DNA of 63,617 nucleotides, filler included, from Reticulomyxa filosa (lineage: Eukaryota; Protista; Foraminifera): NCBI GenBank assembly GCA_000512085.1. It is 17 parts of 17 records of this genome, joined end to end, with 100 filler letters (N's around TTAATTAATTAA, not from the genome) between each part and the next. Parts side by side here need not be neighbours in the genome. Positions count along the whole stretch, not along the records: positions 22,550 to 32,374 come from ASPP01007593.1; positions 32,475 to 33,474 come from ASPP01040073.1; positions 33,575 to 34,574 come from ASPP01048839.1; positions 34,675 to 35,693 come from ASPP01037844.1; positions 35,794 to 37,508 come from ASPP01023691.1; positions 37,609 to 41,110 come from ASPP01002500.1; 11 more parts are not named here. One strand, given 5' to 3'. Made by a program: the position numbers and the translations under genes. The notes below the pieces were generated by a model. It worked only from the letters and a program-made list of their open reading frames with translations, did no database searches and had not been told where the DNA came from. Positions 26,484 through 38,769 of this stretch are shown here, in pieces; the stretch's first letter is position 1; the number at the start of each line of letters is the position of its first letter.

Positions 26484-28008
26484 ATGTCGAGATTACCAGA
26501 TGATGAAAAAACGTTCAACTCTGAATTGTATTATGATGACGAGAACTATACAAGAGATCTTGAAGACGAAGAATATGGGGCCGACGGTTTGACCGTGGAA
26601 CTGCCAGACATTGGCAATAGGAGATGTGACAATGATTTCTCCCAGACGAATTCGCGTTCTGACGTGTCTCCGTACCACCACCAAGAAAAACGTGAATCCG
26701 CACCTGGTCCACCCTCCCCACTTGCTCAAGGATACCTATCCATGAACATTTTGGAAAAGCATGATCAGAAATTCAAATATATGGGCCCTCTACCCCACAC
26801 ACCCTCAAGTCCCAGTGAAGACGGTCATGAGCCCACGACTTTTAACTTCAACGAAGTTGGTGTTTCTGATTCTGCAATGTTTGTGGAGCAAATGCTTGAA
26901 ATGGGATACAGCAAGTTTAAAGCATACATCTTTTAAAAAAAGACTGATGTAAATTATTGTAAGAATAACAAACAAAATGAAAAGATTACAGGCGCGGCAA
27001 GCACTCGAAGCAACTGGTGGAACATCAATTGACTTAGCATTGGCGTGGTTAGAAGGACATGGCAGCGTACATGACAATGACGAAAACACGCCATTCTTGG
27101 CATCGTCTGCCAACAAGGACGGCCTTAATAGCAATGACATTAACATTGGCAATGATTCAAATAACAATAAAAAAGCCTATAGTAATGACAGATGTAACAA
27201 CAATTTTTACGATCCTCATTCGGGTAATAACATCTTCAATACTGCAAATCTCACCCAACCAAATTTAGATGAATTAGCAAAATACAATTCCTTGATAGAT
27301 GATTTCCATGTACAACACATGCACAAAGAAGTCAAAATGGTAAGTCTTCTTTTTTATTTTTTGAATTTGTTGTTATTTGGATATGTACATATGATTACAT
27401 ACATATATTATTGAACAACAATAAAACGTAAGTGTTTGGTGTATAGGCAATCATTGTTAGAACAGATTTGAAGATATCAACAGGGACGATCATTGCCCAG
27501 TGTTGTCAAGCAGCAATGAAAAATATCTTAAATTTTAATTCATTTCAAAAAAGGATTGTGAATGAATTATCCGAGAAACTGTCGTATCTTGAAAAAAGTA
27601 CTACTGAAAGAGACCAACCAGATACTCAAATTATTACACAGCAAATATCTTTTGCTAAAAATTTGACACAACTGTTTGACGGATGGACGTCAAATGGTGA
27701 AAAAACGGTCATTTTAGCGTGCCAGTCGGAACAAAAACTGTTGAGTTTACACGTACTTTCATTCAATGAGCAGTACACTCTTTCTTCCCTCTTTTTTATT
27801 TTCTTGCGAAAATACATTTTGCACCAAAATATATATTATCAATAGGTTGGAAATTCAAAAAAAGGCCACTGCTCTTTGTGTTCCTAACTATTTAATAACT
27901 AACTCAGATCACACTGAAATAGGATCAGAAACAAAGACAATAATAGCAGTAGGCCCGTGCTTGGCTTCAATTATTGACGAAATAACTGGTTCCTTAGAGC
28001 GTTATTGA
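26484..28008 (+). CDS. UBA domain plus peptidyl-tRNA hydrolase 2-like domain, multi-exon
   Basis: UBA: VEQMLEMGYS/RLQARQALEATGGTSIDLALAWL. PTH2: KMAIIVRTDLKISTGTIIAQCCQAA...W..NGEKTVIL...TIIAVGP...IDEITGSL. Confidence 0.85.
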
Positions 28009-28381
28009 ATTTCATTGTTAGATGGAGTGTTTTATGTGTTTTTACTTTTTTATTTTGTTTACACCGTTGATTCGAACTGTTTGGCATTGTTCCACAAAGC
28101 GAACAGTACCAAGAAACTTTACTCATGCTTTTGACATGGCAAAAAAAAAGAAAGTTCACACCAATTGATCACGTATAAATTCACAATATATCAGGGTCGT
28201 TCTAATAGTTTTTTTTTTTGTAATCTTTGTAAAGGATCACAACGTACTGAGGTTATATTTAACCTTACTTCTCTTCCTCTTGCAAAACCCATAGAAAAAC
28301 TTCAAGTGTAATACTTCATCTGTGGGTGGATGAAAATATTGTTCTCATTCGAATATCCAAATTTACGTAGTTGCATCATTA

Positions 28382-29961
28382 CTAAGATCTGTAAAAAGTG
28401 GCACTCTCCGAGGTTTGATGTTGTGGTGTGTTTGTATCACGGTTATTGCCGGAATTAGATTTTCTTCGTTCGTGAAAAAATTTGGCCACACAAAAGAGCA
28501 AAATAGCAGAGCCTGCCACTGCTCCCAACAGTGCAACTTTAGCGGACGTTGATGTTGAGGGAGTTGCTGTTGGTAAATGTGGCTCCTCGCCATGAGTCCC
28601 CATTGTTGCTCCATCCTTATAGTCTTCAATCGATACCTCATTTCCAATGGTTTCATTTTTTGATTCATGTTCATGTTTTTTGTCAACAGCAACATTGGAG
28701 GTTATGTTTTTTGTTTGGTTTGCATTTTTCTCGCCATTGTTGTCATTTGTGGTCATTTGAGTGGCATTACTGACACCAGATGAGAACACTTCCATTTCGT
28801 TCGTTTCAAGAAACTCTTCATAACTTGGATCAACGGGTAGTTGTATGAACCCAATATCGTATTTATCTTTTCCATTGTCTGACAGCTTTTGTGACTGCTT
28901 TGGTTCAGTGCCATTGTTATGCGACAACGAATCGAAGCGAGTGTTGTCATAGCCACTCAAATCGCCACAAGCAATAAATGGAATAGTATAACGATTAGAA
29001 CCTTTTAATTGGTCATTAGAACTGCATGCCTTCCCACCAAAATCAATTGGTGTCATTGTGGGAATGTAATCTTTTGGTGGATTATAGTTCTGACATACAA
29101 CGAACGCTTCAATGGAGGAATTTCTCGACGACTTAGGTTTAGAGACATCAACATCAGTGAAAAATATCTGCAGTTTTTCATACAGCATCCCGATATCTCG
29201 TCCACGAAATATTTTTGCTACAAATGTTCCCCCTTGTCGTAGTACGTATGTGGTAATATTCAACGCCTAAAAATTGACAATATCCATTAATCAATTTGTT
29301 TATTATTTATTTATTATTATTATGACTGTAATTGAGATGACATGTCCGTTTTAACTGCTAAAAGCAACTGGCCTTGAATGTGTTCGTCAATATCATGCAA
29401 TCCTGTCACTGTCCTCAAACATGTGCAACATAATCATTTTTTTTGCGAAATCGGAGAATCGCATGTTTGTGCAAAAAAAAAAAAAAATAAAAAAATAATT
29501 CCTTCTCTCAGATATGACAATAAAGCTACGTTACCATCTGGTGCTCCGTCAGAAACCACAATATCGGCCTTTTCTCCATCAAAATGTTTGATGATCTCCA
29601 TGGCAGTACCTTGATTGGTGATATCCCCTTGTATCTGTATCACGCCTTGGATTGGTGCCATTGGTTGCAAATCTACGGCCACTATTTTAGCGGATTTATC
29701 TTTGTCCGCTTGCAATCGTCTACTTAAGACTTGTGACCAACTTCCAGGAGCAGCACATAAATCTACTGCTCGCTTCACTCCTTGCAGCAATTGAAACTCT
29801 TCATCAAGTTGGATAAGCTTGAAAGCTGAACGGGCGCGAAAACCGACTTCTTTTGCACGTCGGTAATAGACGTCCTTTTTCCATTCAAACACAACATAAA
29901 ACTAAATTTATTGATGTGATGCGCAAAACTAAACTCTTTTTTCTTTCGAATAACGACCCAT
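28382..29961 (-). CDS. TRM7: tRNA (C32/N34) 2'-O-methyltransferase TRM7/FTSJ1 with C-terminal extension, 4 exons
   Basis: [83 protein letters not shown] tetrad intact. Confidence 0.95.
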
Positions 29962-30912
29962 TATGATTGACCACCCACGCCCGGCCAAAAAAAGAATCTC
30001 TTTTCCAGAACTCATTTTTATTCAACTTAAAACATATAAATTGTCATTAACAACATTCAAAGAAATTGTTTTTGCTTTCTGAAAATTATTTTTTTTTGCG
30101 TGTTTGATCACTTCTGTTGTTTTATTATCAAAAATAATGCACTTCAAAATATGACACATGCCAGTAGGTACTGATTAAAATGCAAAGCGAAACTGTAGAA
30201 AGTATTTTCACCAGGTATGTTGTGTTTGAAATTATTTTCAGAAATTAGAAGAAACATTTTTCAAAAAAGTCCACACTACAAGCACATAACACAAACAAAC
30301 AATAACACAACAAAAACCAAACTCATACATTGAATTCCAAAAAAACAAAACGAATAAACAAATGACAAAAAATAAAACAAACTCAATTAAAACAAATGAA
30401 GATTTCCTGCATTACAAGTAATTTTCTCCAACTTGAAAACACACAAAACAAATAAAAAAGCACCACGAGAAACACAAGCAAAGAACAGACAAAAAAGGAT
30501 GACAACACAAAGCAAAAAAAAAAAAAAAACAATTGTACTGAAAGGGAAAAAAAAAAAAAAAGAGAGAACCAAAATAAAATAAAGTAAAATAAATAAATAA
30601 AAAAAACAGAACAAAAAACACTTATATTGTTTTCCAACCAAACATGTTTTTCATTTTTCCCTTTCTCTGTTGTGAAAAAAAAAGTATTTTAGTGATCTCT
30701 TTTCAACAAAAACTTGTATGTTTAAGTTTTTGATCTTATAAATACTACACTAACTAAAAAAAAAAATAAAATAAAACAAACAAATTTGGATGTACAAAAA
30801 TGGTTGGGAAAAAAACAAATAAACAAATAAACAATTCCAAAGACGAATAAAATGAAAAGCGGGAAAAATGTGTTATTTATTTATTTTGTGTATTTTTATT
30901 TTGTTTTGTTTT

Positions 30913-32347
30913 TCAAAACCCGACTTTATTGTATCCATGAAATTCAACTCGATGTAAATTGGTGTTATTCAAAGGAGAAGACAAGGGGACATTGGCATGA
31001 GTTTTGAGCGGCAAATCTTGCGGTCGAACAGGTTGGGGATGAGGAAAGGATTGCATCTGTGACATGGCAGCAAGCGCGAGAGTGGGTGCCATCACGACGG
31101 TGGTCGACGACGATTGTGCGACAGGCGCAGCAAGTCTCGTGGTCGCTGGAAGAAATGCAGCTTGCATATTCAATTGCTGTTGCGCCAACAGCAGCAGCTG
31201 TTGTTGTTGCTTGTGAATCGGGTTGGAAGTGAGCCAATAGCGATGCTGCATTATCTCTTTGGCAGTGATGCGATCCGCAGCGAACCATTGCAGCATTCGT
31301 TTGATCATGTCATACAAATCGATATGTTCCAATTTATTAAAATCGAAATATGTCTTTTATATATTATATACACATATTTTTTTTTTTTTTTTTTTTTTTT
31401 TGAAAATTAAAAGTTGTTACAAATAATAAACTTGAAGACGCTTCGCTTGAACACGACTTGGCTTGGCCTCTTCTAATTTCAATTGCAAGGTATCGGAATG
31501 AAAAAACTCACTACGCTTTTGACTGGACGCGGCGTGGATGAGCTTGGAAGGCAAGGGACCAATCATGGCTTGCATTTGATTAAGATGGTCAATTGGACAA
31601 TGCGTGCCGAATGCCATCGAACCTTGCAAGAATTCCAATATCACACAGCCGAGCGACCAAATGTCCACCGGCTTCTTCCAATACATTTCCAACACGACTT
31701 CAGGGGCGCGGTAATGCCGAGTTTGGATCAAGTAATTGTATCCATCTCGAAATTTCCACGACGCCTTGTTATTGGGGTCATATTTCGGCTCGTACGTCGC
31801 GCTGCCAAAATCAACCACTTTTATACGGATATTCACTGGCAAGTCCAACACTTTCTGTTTTTTTTTTTTTTTTTGTTCATAACTGACTCCCCCCCCCCTT
31901 TCCAACGGAGGTCACAACTATCTAACAGACATCAACTCAACGTTTCCGATTGTCACTTTTTGCGTTCTTCCGTCCACAAACACAATATTCTCTGGCTTCA
32001 GATCAGTGAAGATTATGTCCATCTGATGTAAGACTTTTTTTAAATAAAAAAAAAAAAAAAAAAAAGAGAAATACTCACATTACTTATTCAATGTAATGTA
32101 TATGCATATATGTATATATATATATATATATAAATGCACATATGTATGGTTGAAAATAAGGTGTGTATAAATATGAACATTGAATAGCAGCACAGATTTG
32201 AAGTGACAAGTCTCGCACCATCCAATCGGGAAACGGATGATATTGATTTTTTGACATGACTGCATAGATGGAAGGGCCATACAGTTTGAATACGAAGCAC
32301 GGATGATTGTTCCATGAAAAGTATTCTCTCAAATGAATACAACAGCT
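30913..32347 (-). CDS. CLK/LAMMER-family dual-specificity kinase, C-terminal half; 5'-truncated
   Basis: FTDLKPENI, VVDFGSAT, IQTRHYRAPEVVL, DIWSLGC, and DHLNQMQAMIGPLP at the LAMMER position. Confidence 0.88.
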
Positions 32348-32697
32348 AATAGTCAAAATAGTGTCACACACACANNNNNNNNNNNNNNNNNNNNNNNNNN
32401 NNNNNNNNNNNNNNNNNNTTAATTAATTAANNNNNNNNNNNNNNNNNNNNNNNNNNNNNNNNNNNNNNNNNNNNAAAAAAAAAAATATATATATATATGT
32501 ACATGTATATATGTATATGTGTATGCATACATATATGCATATATGGATAACGTTTGCATTACACCCCCCCCCCCTTTCTTTCTCATATGCGAGGAAGTAA
32601 TTTGTTATGACACATTCATATAGCCACCTGATTTTCTTCCCCTCTTCCTTCCTCCTTCCCCCTTCCTCCCATCTTTTATGTTTCCACAGTTTTTTGT

Positions 32698-33210
32698 ACC
32701 TAGTTTAACTTGTTGAGCGCGGGCATAAACAGGGCCTTTAGCGTCTCTTGCGTTCATTCGAAACATTTTGATGTTGTCGCTGAATGGACAGTCTTTAATT
32801 CTCCAATTTTTTTCATCGTCAGATAACTCCTTTTCCGGCACAACTTGGTCGTTTTCCATTATGCGCTTACAGTACTCGACGTAACAATCTGGGTCGCTTT
32901 TCTCATTTTGTTGCACTACGCCGATGAAAACACGGTTCGGAAATGCGGCTTTTGTAAAGAAATTGTAAAGCGTGTCTTTGCATCGTGTCTCACGATACGA
33001 TGCTATCAACACCATTATTTTTGTGTCATTCCTTTTATATTGATCATCATACGGTGGCGGAGGCTTTTGTCTTGGATAAAGTATTTCTGAAGGAATCACC
33101 TTCCAGTCGCCTTCTTGCAGGACTATATTGGGCTGATGCCATATATCTTCGCCAAATACATGTGCCAGCCAAAATAAACTCAAGAACCAAATAAATATAC
33201 CCTCATGCAT
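32698..33210 (-). CDS. GT60-family polypeptide GlcNAc-transferase (Gnt1/Gnt2-like) with signal peptide; 3'-truncated
   Basis: IMVLIASYRETRCKDTLYNFFTKAAFPNRVFIGVVQQN and AKGPVYAR motifs; hydrophobic N-terminus. Confidence 0.85.
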
Positions 33211-33699
33211 GCTGGTATTATTATTATGGAATTGTTAATGGATTATTCGGATTTTCCTCAAACTTTTCCCCTGTTTTATTCCTTTTGTCGATACTGAAGA
33301 TTTTTTAGTCTTTTGTAATGTTTATTATATCAAAAAAAGTTTTGCATTGGGTTGTTATTATATTACTTGATAGTTAATTATTTTTCTTGCTTATCAAGTA
33401 TTACAGTACTTTTCTTGTATTGAATATCTATTTTTATGCGTATGGTTCTATATTTGTTTTAAATTGAGTCTAAANNNNNNNNNNNNNNNNNNNNNNNNNN
33501 NNNNNNNNNNNNNNNNNNTTAATTAATTAANNNNNNNNNNNNNNNNNNNNNNNNNNNNNNNNNNNNNNNNNNNNTCCTATTTCATAAGTGTTTGCTTACA
33601 AAGCAAACGTTCTCCCCCCTTACTGTTGTTTTTTTTTCTTCCTTGCATTTTTTTCTCTTCACATTTTGGCAGTGAACCACCTTTTTTGCATTTTTTTTT

Positions 33700-34574
33700 G
33701 AATTAACAAATTTTCTTTTTTATTGGTATTACTTATTTGACGTTGATGTTTTTGGATTATTTGATGGTATTTCCCAATTCAATTTTCGTCACCGTATTGC
33801 TGTTGTTGTTTCTCTCATCGTTTTGCTTTATTAGCTTGCTCTCTCTTTCTCTCTGTTGTTCGACACGCATTTTTGATAAATATCATGGGGCTTATCTGCA
33901 AATGCACCAATTTGATTGGCAAATATATCTACAACGTCGTTAAAATATTTGCGTGCATCATCTTGATCTGAGGTGATCAATATGTCTCCCTCAATCGTTG
34001 TACTTCCATAATCACATCATATAAATATCAAACCATCGTAAATTATTCACGTTATTGATTTCATCCAATTGTGCACAATGTCTTGTCAAAAATGTATTTA
34101 ATTGAAGCAAAGTCAATGACTCGGTTGCATGTGGAATACACCTTTTTGGACAAATTTGTAAGCATTGTTAGAGCTGTTATTACTCCAGGCAAATAATCAC
34201 GGCCTTTATATCTTGCTGCACCTGTTAGTGATACTACTGGATTCTGCATATGATAGTTTAGTTCAGTTCTGTCCCTTTTTTTTTCTTGTTGTTTTGTTTT
34301 CATTTAAACAAACAAACGAACAAACATATTCAATAATCCTCGGGAAAATAGGCAAAAAATTACAACGGGCTCAGATTGAGATATGTGTTTGACGTGCTTA
34401 TCATTGACAACATCTTGATGATTGTTGTCAGTCATTCTAAAATCTGACGCATCACATTTCAAATCGTCTTTTTTTTTTTTTGTCTCGCACTATCATTAGA
34501 TTTGAGTGTCTCATTCAATTCCTTTAGAAGACTTTCCATGGCCAAAGAAGAGAGTGTTACTTCATAAAGATTTT
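33700..34574 (-). pseudogene. Caspase-like (peptidase C14 p20-type) pseudogene
   Basis: NPVVSLTGAARY...YLPGV, YDGLIFI-stop-CDYG (His-Gly position), KPMIFIKNACR (catalytic Cys motif). In-frame TGA and frameshifts. Confidence 0.68.
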
Positions 34575-34929
34575 NNNNNNNNNNNNNNNNNNNNNNNNNN
34601 NNNNNNNNNNNNNNNNNNTTAATTAATTAANNNNNNNNNNNNNNNNNNNNNNNNNNNNNNNNNNNNNNNNNNNNTTGTTCACTTTTGTTCCATTTTACTG
34701 TTAACAAATAGAAAAAATACATAATTTGAAGAAGGAACAGCATTACTTTTTATAACGATAGTAGTGTTTTTTTTTGCGATGGAAGAAATAATTAAAGTTA
34801 CCATTGAAAGTACATTCACATTTCCAAATTAAAAAATAATTTGAAACTGGAAAAATAAAAAACATTTGAAAACAAAAAATAATTTCAATTCAAAAAATTG
34901 AATTATTTGTGAAGTTTATTAAATGGTTT

Positions 34930-35500
34930 TGGATCAATTTTTAAAATATCATCTGATGATAATTCAATACCATAAATTGTAATTCTTCCGTCTCCACCTT
35001 TATTATATTTTTGATTTCCTTCAACACACGTGATAGTTTCAAAATTTTGACATTGCAGTTCAATCAATATTGGTCCTCCACTTCCACCACTCCATACATT
35101 CCAGTCCCTCCATTGGATTGAACCGATTTACGGTTGATCAATTGTTATTCAATTATCATTTCAATTATTTCATCACTAGTTCCTCCAGGGTAATAAAATA
35201 TACTTCCATCTCCACTTCCAAAATGAATTTTTTTCAACAAAGTCTCTTCTCCATATGTTTTTCCACCTTGTCCATCATTTCCATTTCCTTTCTTTCCATA
35301 TCCACCACCACAACTATTCAAATTTCCCTTTCCAAGGCCTTGACTCATTGGATATCCCAATTCTCAGCAATCAATTTCGGATGAAGAATGTTTAATCCAC
35401 AAATGACTTGTTTTGATTTTTAGATGTCCAAGTTCTTTACAATTAAGAGTTAAAGTGATATTTTCTCCAACTAAAAATATTCCAAAATTATAATTATTCC
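34930..35500 (-). pseudogene. Pseudogene of a Gly-rich repeat family (GGGYG / HFGSG)
   Basis: LGHLKIKTSHLWIKHSSSEIDC-stop-ELGYP...CGGGYGKKG...GGKTYGEETLLKKIHFGSG...IIEMIIE-stop-QLIN; internal stops. Confidence 0.55.
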
Positions 35501-35793
35501 ATTAATTGTTTTTTAATTTTATTGTTTGTTTATTTTCATTCACCAATAAAAAATCAACTCCTTTTTTCAAATTCGATCTTTGAATGAATGACAACATATT
35601 CTCACAATTTTTGTGTTGTTTTTTTTGTTCATTTTTTTGTTCTTGTTCAATTTGTGTGTCCATTTGAGATTGAATATTTGTAGTTTGATTTTTNNNNNNN
35701 NNNNNNNNNNNNNNNNNNNNNNNNNNNNNNNNNNNNNTTAATTAATTAANNNNNNNNNNNNNNNNNNNNNNNNNNNNNNNNNNNNNNNNNNNN

Positions 35794-35830
<37 letters not shown>

Positions 35831-35833
<3 letters not shown>

Positions 35834-36692
35834 GCATGCATCCTCTTCCAAGAGCTGCATCTCTTTCTCAAGACGAAATAGTCATTCACAAATCCACACA
35901 AATCCACACTCGACTGCCGTTTCACATATCAATGAAAATCCGAAGAAAAAAGAGGAAGGATGATGAGGACGATGAAGAGATTGAGGTAGAAGTGGAAGCG
36001 TCTCCTGAAGTGGCTATGCAATACGAAGAAGAAGAAGAAGAAGAAGAAGAAGAAGAAGAAGAAGCAATAGATATGAGAATGCGTGATATTACTCCCTCTC
36101 CACCATTGGAACCTGCATCAGACAGACCCCGTGGACTCTCACAAGAAGACACAAACAGTCGACACAGCACGAGTCAAGAGAAGGCTCGTCGCAACAAGCA
36201 CGCCATGAGCTTTTCGACGGACCACTTTGCCAATGCGTTGCGAGTGATGCCCAATCATTCCAACATGTCGCTTTCCAGCGCGAGCAAAGACTCGCCCAAT
36301 CTGCGTCCCTTTGTCGAAAGTCCACCTCTGCATCTCCGACACTTGTCCTCGGCCACTGCCAAGCCCGCAGCGCATAGCGATGAGCCACTTCACTCTGAGG
36401 AGCCGCATCCCAATAGATCCACGTACCACTCGTTGGTGTCTCATTCCGACAATGGTCAATACAATGCACTTACGTTGTATCTTTTTCAAAAAAATATCAT
36501 TATACATATACACATATATATATATATGTATATGTACATATGTGATGATTCATAGATTCAATGTTGAATTCCCTTTCGCATGAGAAGCACAACAATATTA
36601 TCCGCGCTCCTTCGCACTCGAAAGAAGATAACAACAAAGGCAACTATCCAAACATGCCTGACAGTACCAAATGGGCAATAGATGAAGAAAAC

Positions 36693-36724
<32 letters not shown>

Positions 36725-37450
36725 AGAAGAGAAAAAAGCGAGGATGAGGATGAAACGAAAAAAGAAGACAATACAAATGCTCATACCGATATTGTGAATG
36801 ACGATGACAACAACAAGAATAGAGCTCAACACAAAGTAAATAACAAAGATAAAAATGAAGCGAACAATGTGACGGATGCAAGACAGCGGCGCAAGGAGGT
36901 GACGCAGCAGCGGGAGCAGCTGAAGGAAGCACGGGAGAGCAACGCATTGGCTCAGAGCTTGGATCGTCCGAAACGCGCGTCCTTTGCGCTGCAGCAGCAA
37001 ATCAAGACGCAGGTGGACAAGCAAGAGCGCCGTAAGAGTTTGATCAAACGTCGTGGCAGTGAGGCTGGACAACCACACGTGGGCACAGCAACGACGACGA
37101 CGACGACGACAGCGGACGAGTCGTCTTTCTTCTCCCACAAAGATGCGAAAAAGCGAGATGAGGATGAAGGGAGAGGAGGAGCAGCTGGCCGAAAGTCATC
37201 AAAGGAAGAGCGAGATCTGCAAGACACTCATTCCCAAAGAAAGACTACTATCACATCCTCTCCAGAACACAAACATGTTAGACAAGCAGAAGGAGGAGGA
37301 GGAGGAGCAAACGGTGGAGATTTTCCTACCTTAGTTCTTGGCGCATCTTTGGAAGTTCCTACCATCGACCCTCTTCAATCGCCAAGACTCAAAAAGGAAA
37401 AAGAAGAAAATGAAATGCGAATAAAGCAAGCCAAGCAATATTGCCAAAGG
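35831..37450 (+). CDS. Low-complexity, disordered Ser/Glu/Arg-rich protein fragment
   Basis: ORFs 35836-36555, 36561-36797 and 36794-37564 with poly-E/poly-T tracts and a (TA)n intron near 36474-36555. Both ends lie at gaps. Confidence 0.5.
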
Positions 37451-37745
37451 TTCACTTTTTTTTTTTTTTTTTTATGTAAAAAAAAAGTTCAAATTTTTTT
37501 TAAAAAAANNNNNNNNNNNNNNNNNNNNNNNNNNNNNNNNNNNNNNNNNNNNTTAATTAATTAANNNNNNNNNNNNNNNNNNNNNNNNNNNNNNNNNNNN
37601 NNNNNNNNAAAAAAAAAAAAACCTGACTAAAAGCACGTTTAACCCATCTCATCTAATAAGCCACATATAATGGGAAACGAAACGGAACAATACTTCGAGT
37701 ACATCTCCTTCAAGCATTTAAAACGTCAGAGTACAAGTGAGTTTT

Positions 37746-38769
37746 TTATTCTTTGAAAGGTACCAAATGGCAGCTGTTTTGTAAATGTTTGAACCAATTA
37801 TATGTACACATTACTCACACTTTTTTTTTTTTTTTTTTTTTAAAAAAAAAAGATAACATACCCAAGTAATCCCAGTCCATTCCATTTCTTTGGAATTAAA
37901 CCCAACTCCAAGACTTGGTCAGAGTTTCTGCGAACAAGGACGGGTATCTCTTTGTGAATGCTGGACGTGACAATGGATTGAAGCAATTCGGGGGAGTAGT
38001 TTTGATAAGTAATGGTGCCAAACTGAAGCACGACATCGCCAATTTTCAGACCACTTTCATTTGCCGGTGAGCCTTGAATCAACAACTTGACAACTAAAAT
38101 GGGTTTCAAGCCTCGAGCATCCACTCTCCTTACTTCACTTTCTTTTGCAAGTTCTTCTGTTTCGTTCGACTTTTCGTGGTCCTGTTCCATCGTCTGCGTC
38201 GCCATGGTCACTGCGACATTCTCTTTGTCCCCATTCTCTACTGTCTTTGGTGTTGTATTCGTACCTATATCTACACTAGTTGCATTGGTGCGTGGTATCT
38301 CTTTGTCTTGGGTTAGGATTGCTGTCGTTATTGTTGTTGGGTCTATTGTTGAAGTCGAACTCGAATTTGAATTTGAACTTGAACTTGTATTTGTGCTTAC
38401 AGTTGGCGTTAGAGACATGGTCGAAGTCGAGGTCGCATTGGTGTCGGTAGTTGGCTTGCGGTTTTGAAACACTTCGAATAACTTTGTTTCTATCTGCTTC
38501 ATCAACGTTTTATGGTCGTTTTGTAACACTATCACCTCCTTTCTCACTCCGTTAATTGTCCAAATGTCCACGTCCGATCGCGGGTATCCTTCGCTATCTT
38601 TGTACACTGCTGGCTTACTCACATTTCGGAACTCCTCCGGAATCGAGTTCAACAACGACCTTATCTGACTTTCGATTTTTGTGCGCTGCGCTTCCAACTG
38701 TTTTAACTCCTCTCTTGCTGTGAGAGGTTTTGAGGAACGTGAATCATCCTTTGCGCTTGAATTCGCCAT
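37746..38769 (-). CDS. PSMD9: 26S proteasome assembly chaperone PSMD9/Nas2 (p27), 2 exons
   Basis: DSEGYPRSDVDI...LQNDHKTLM (Nas2_N); PDZ GSPANESGLKIGD; PKKWNGLGLLG spliced to CHLVPFKE-stop (37746). Confidence 0.93.

Noticed and set aside
30383-30910. Phe/Leu-rich ORFs in three minus frames
   Set aside because: Low-complexity T-rich 3' flank of the CLK gene; the ORFs are compositional artefacts.
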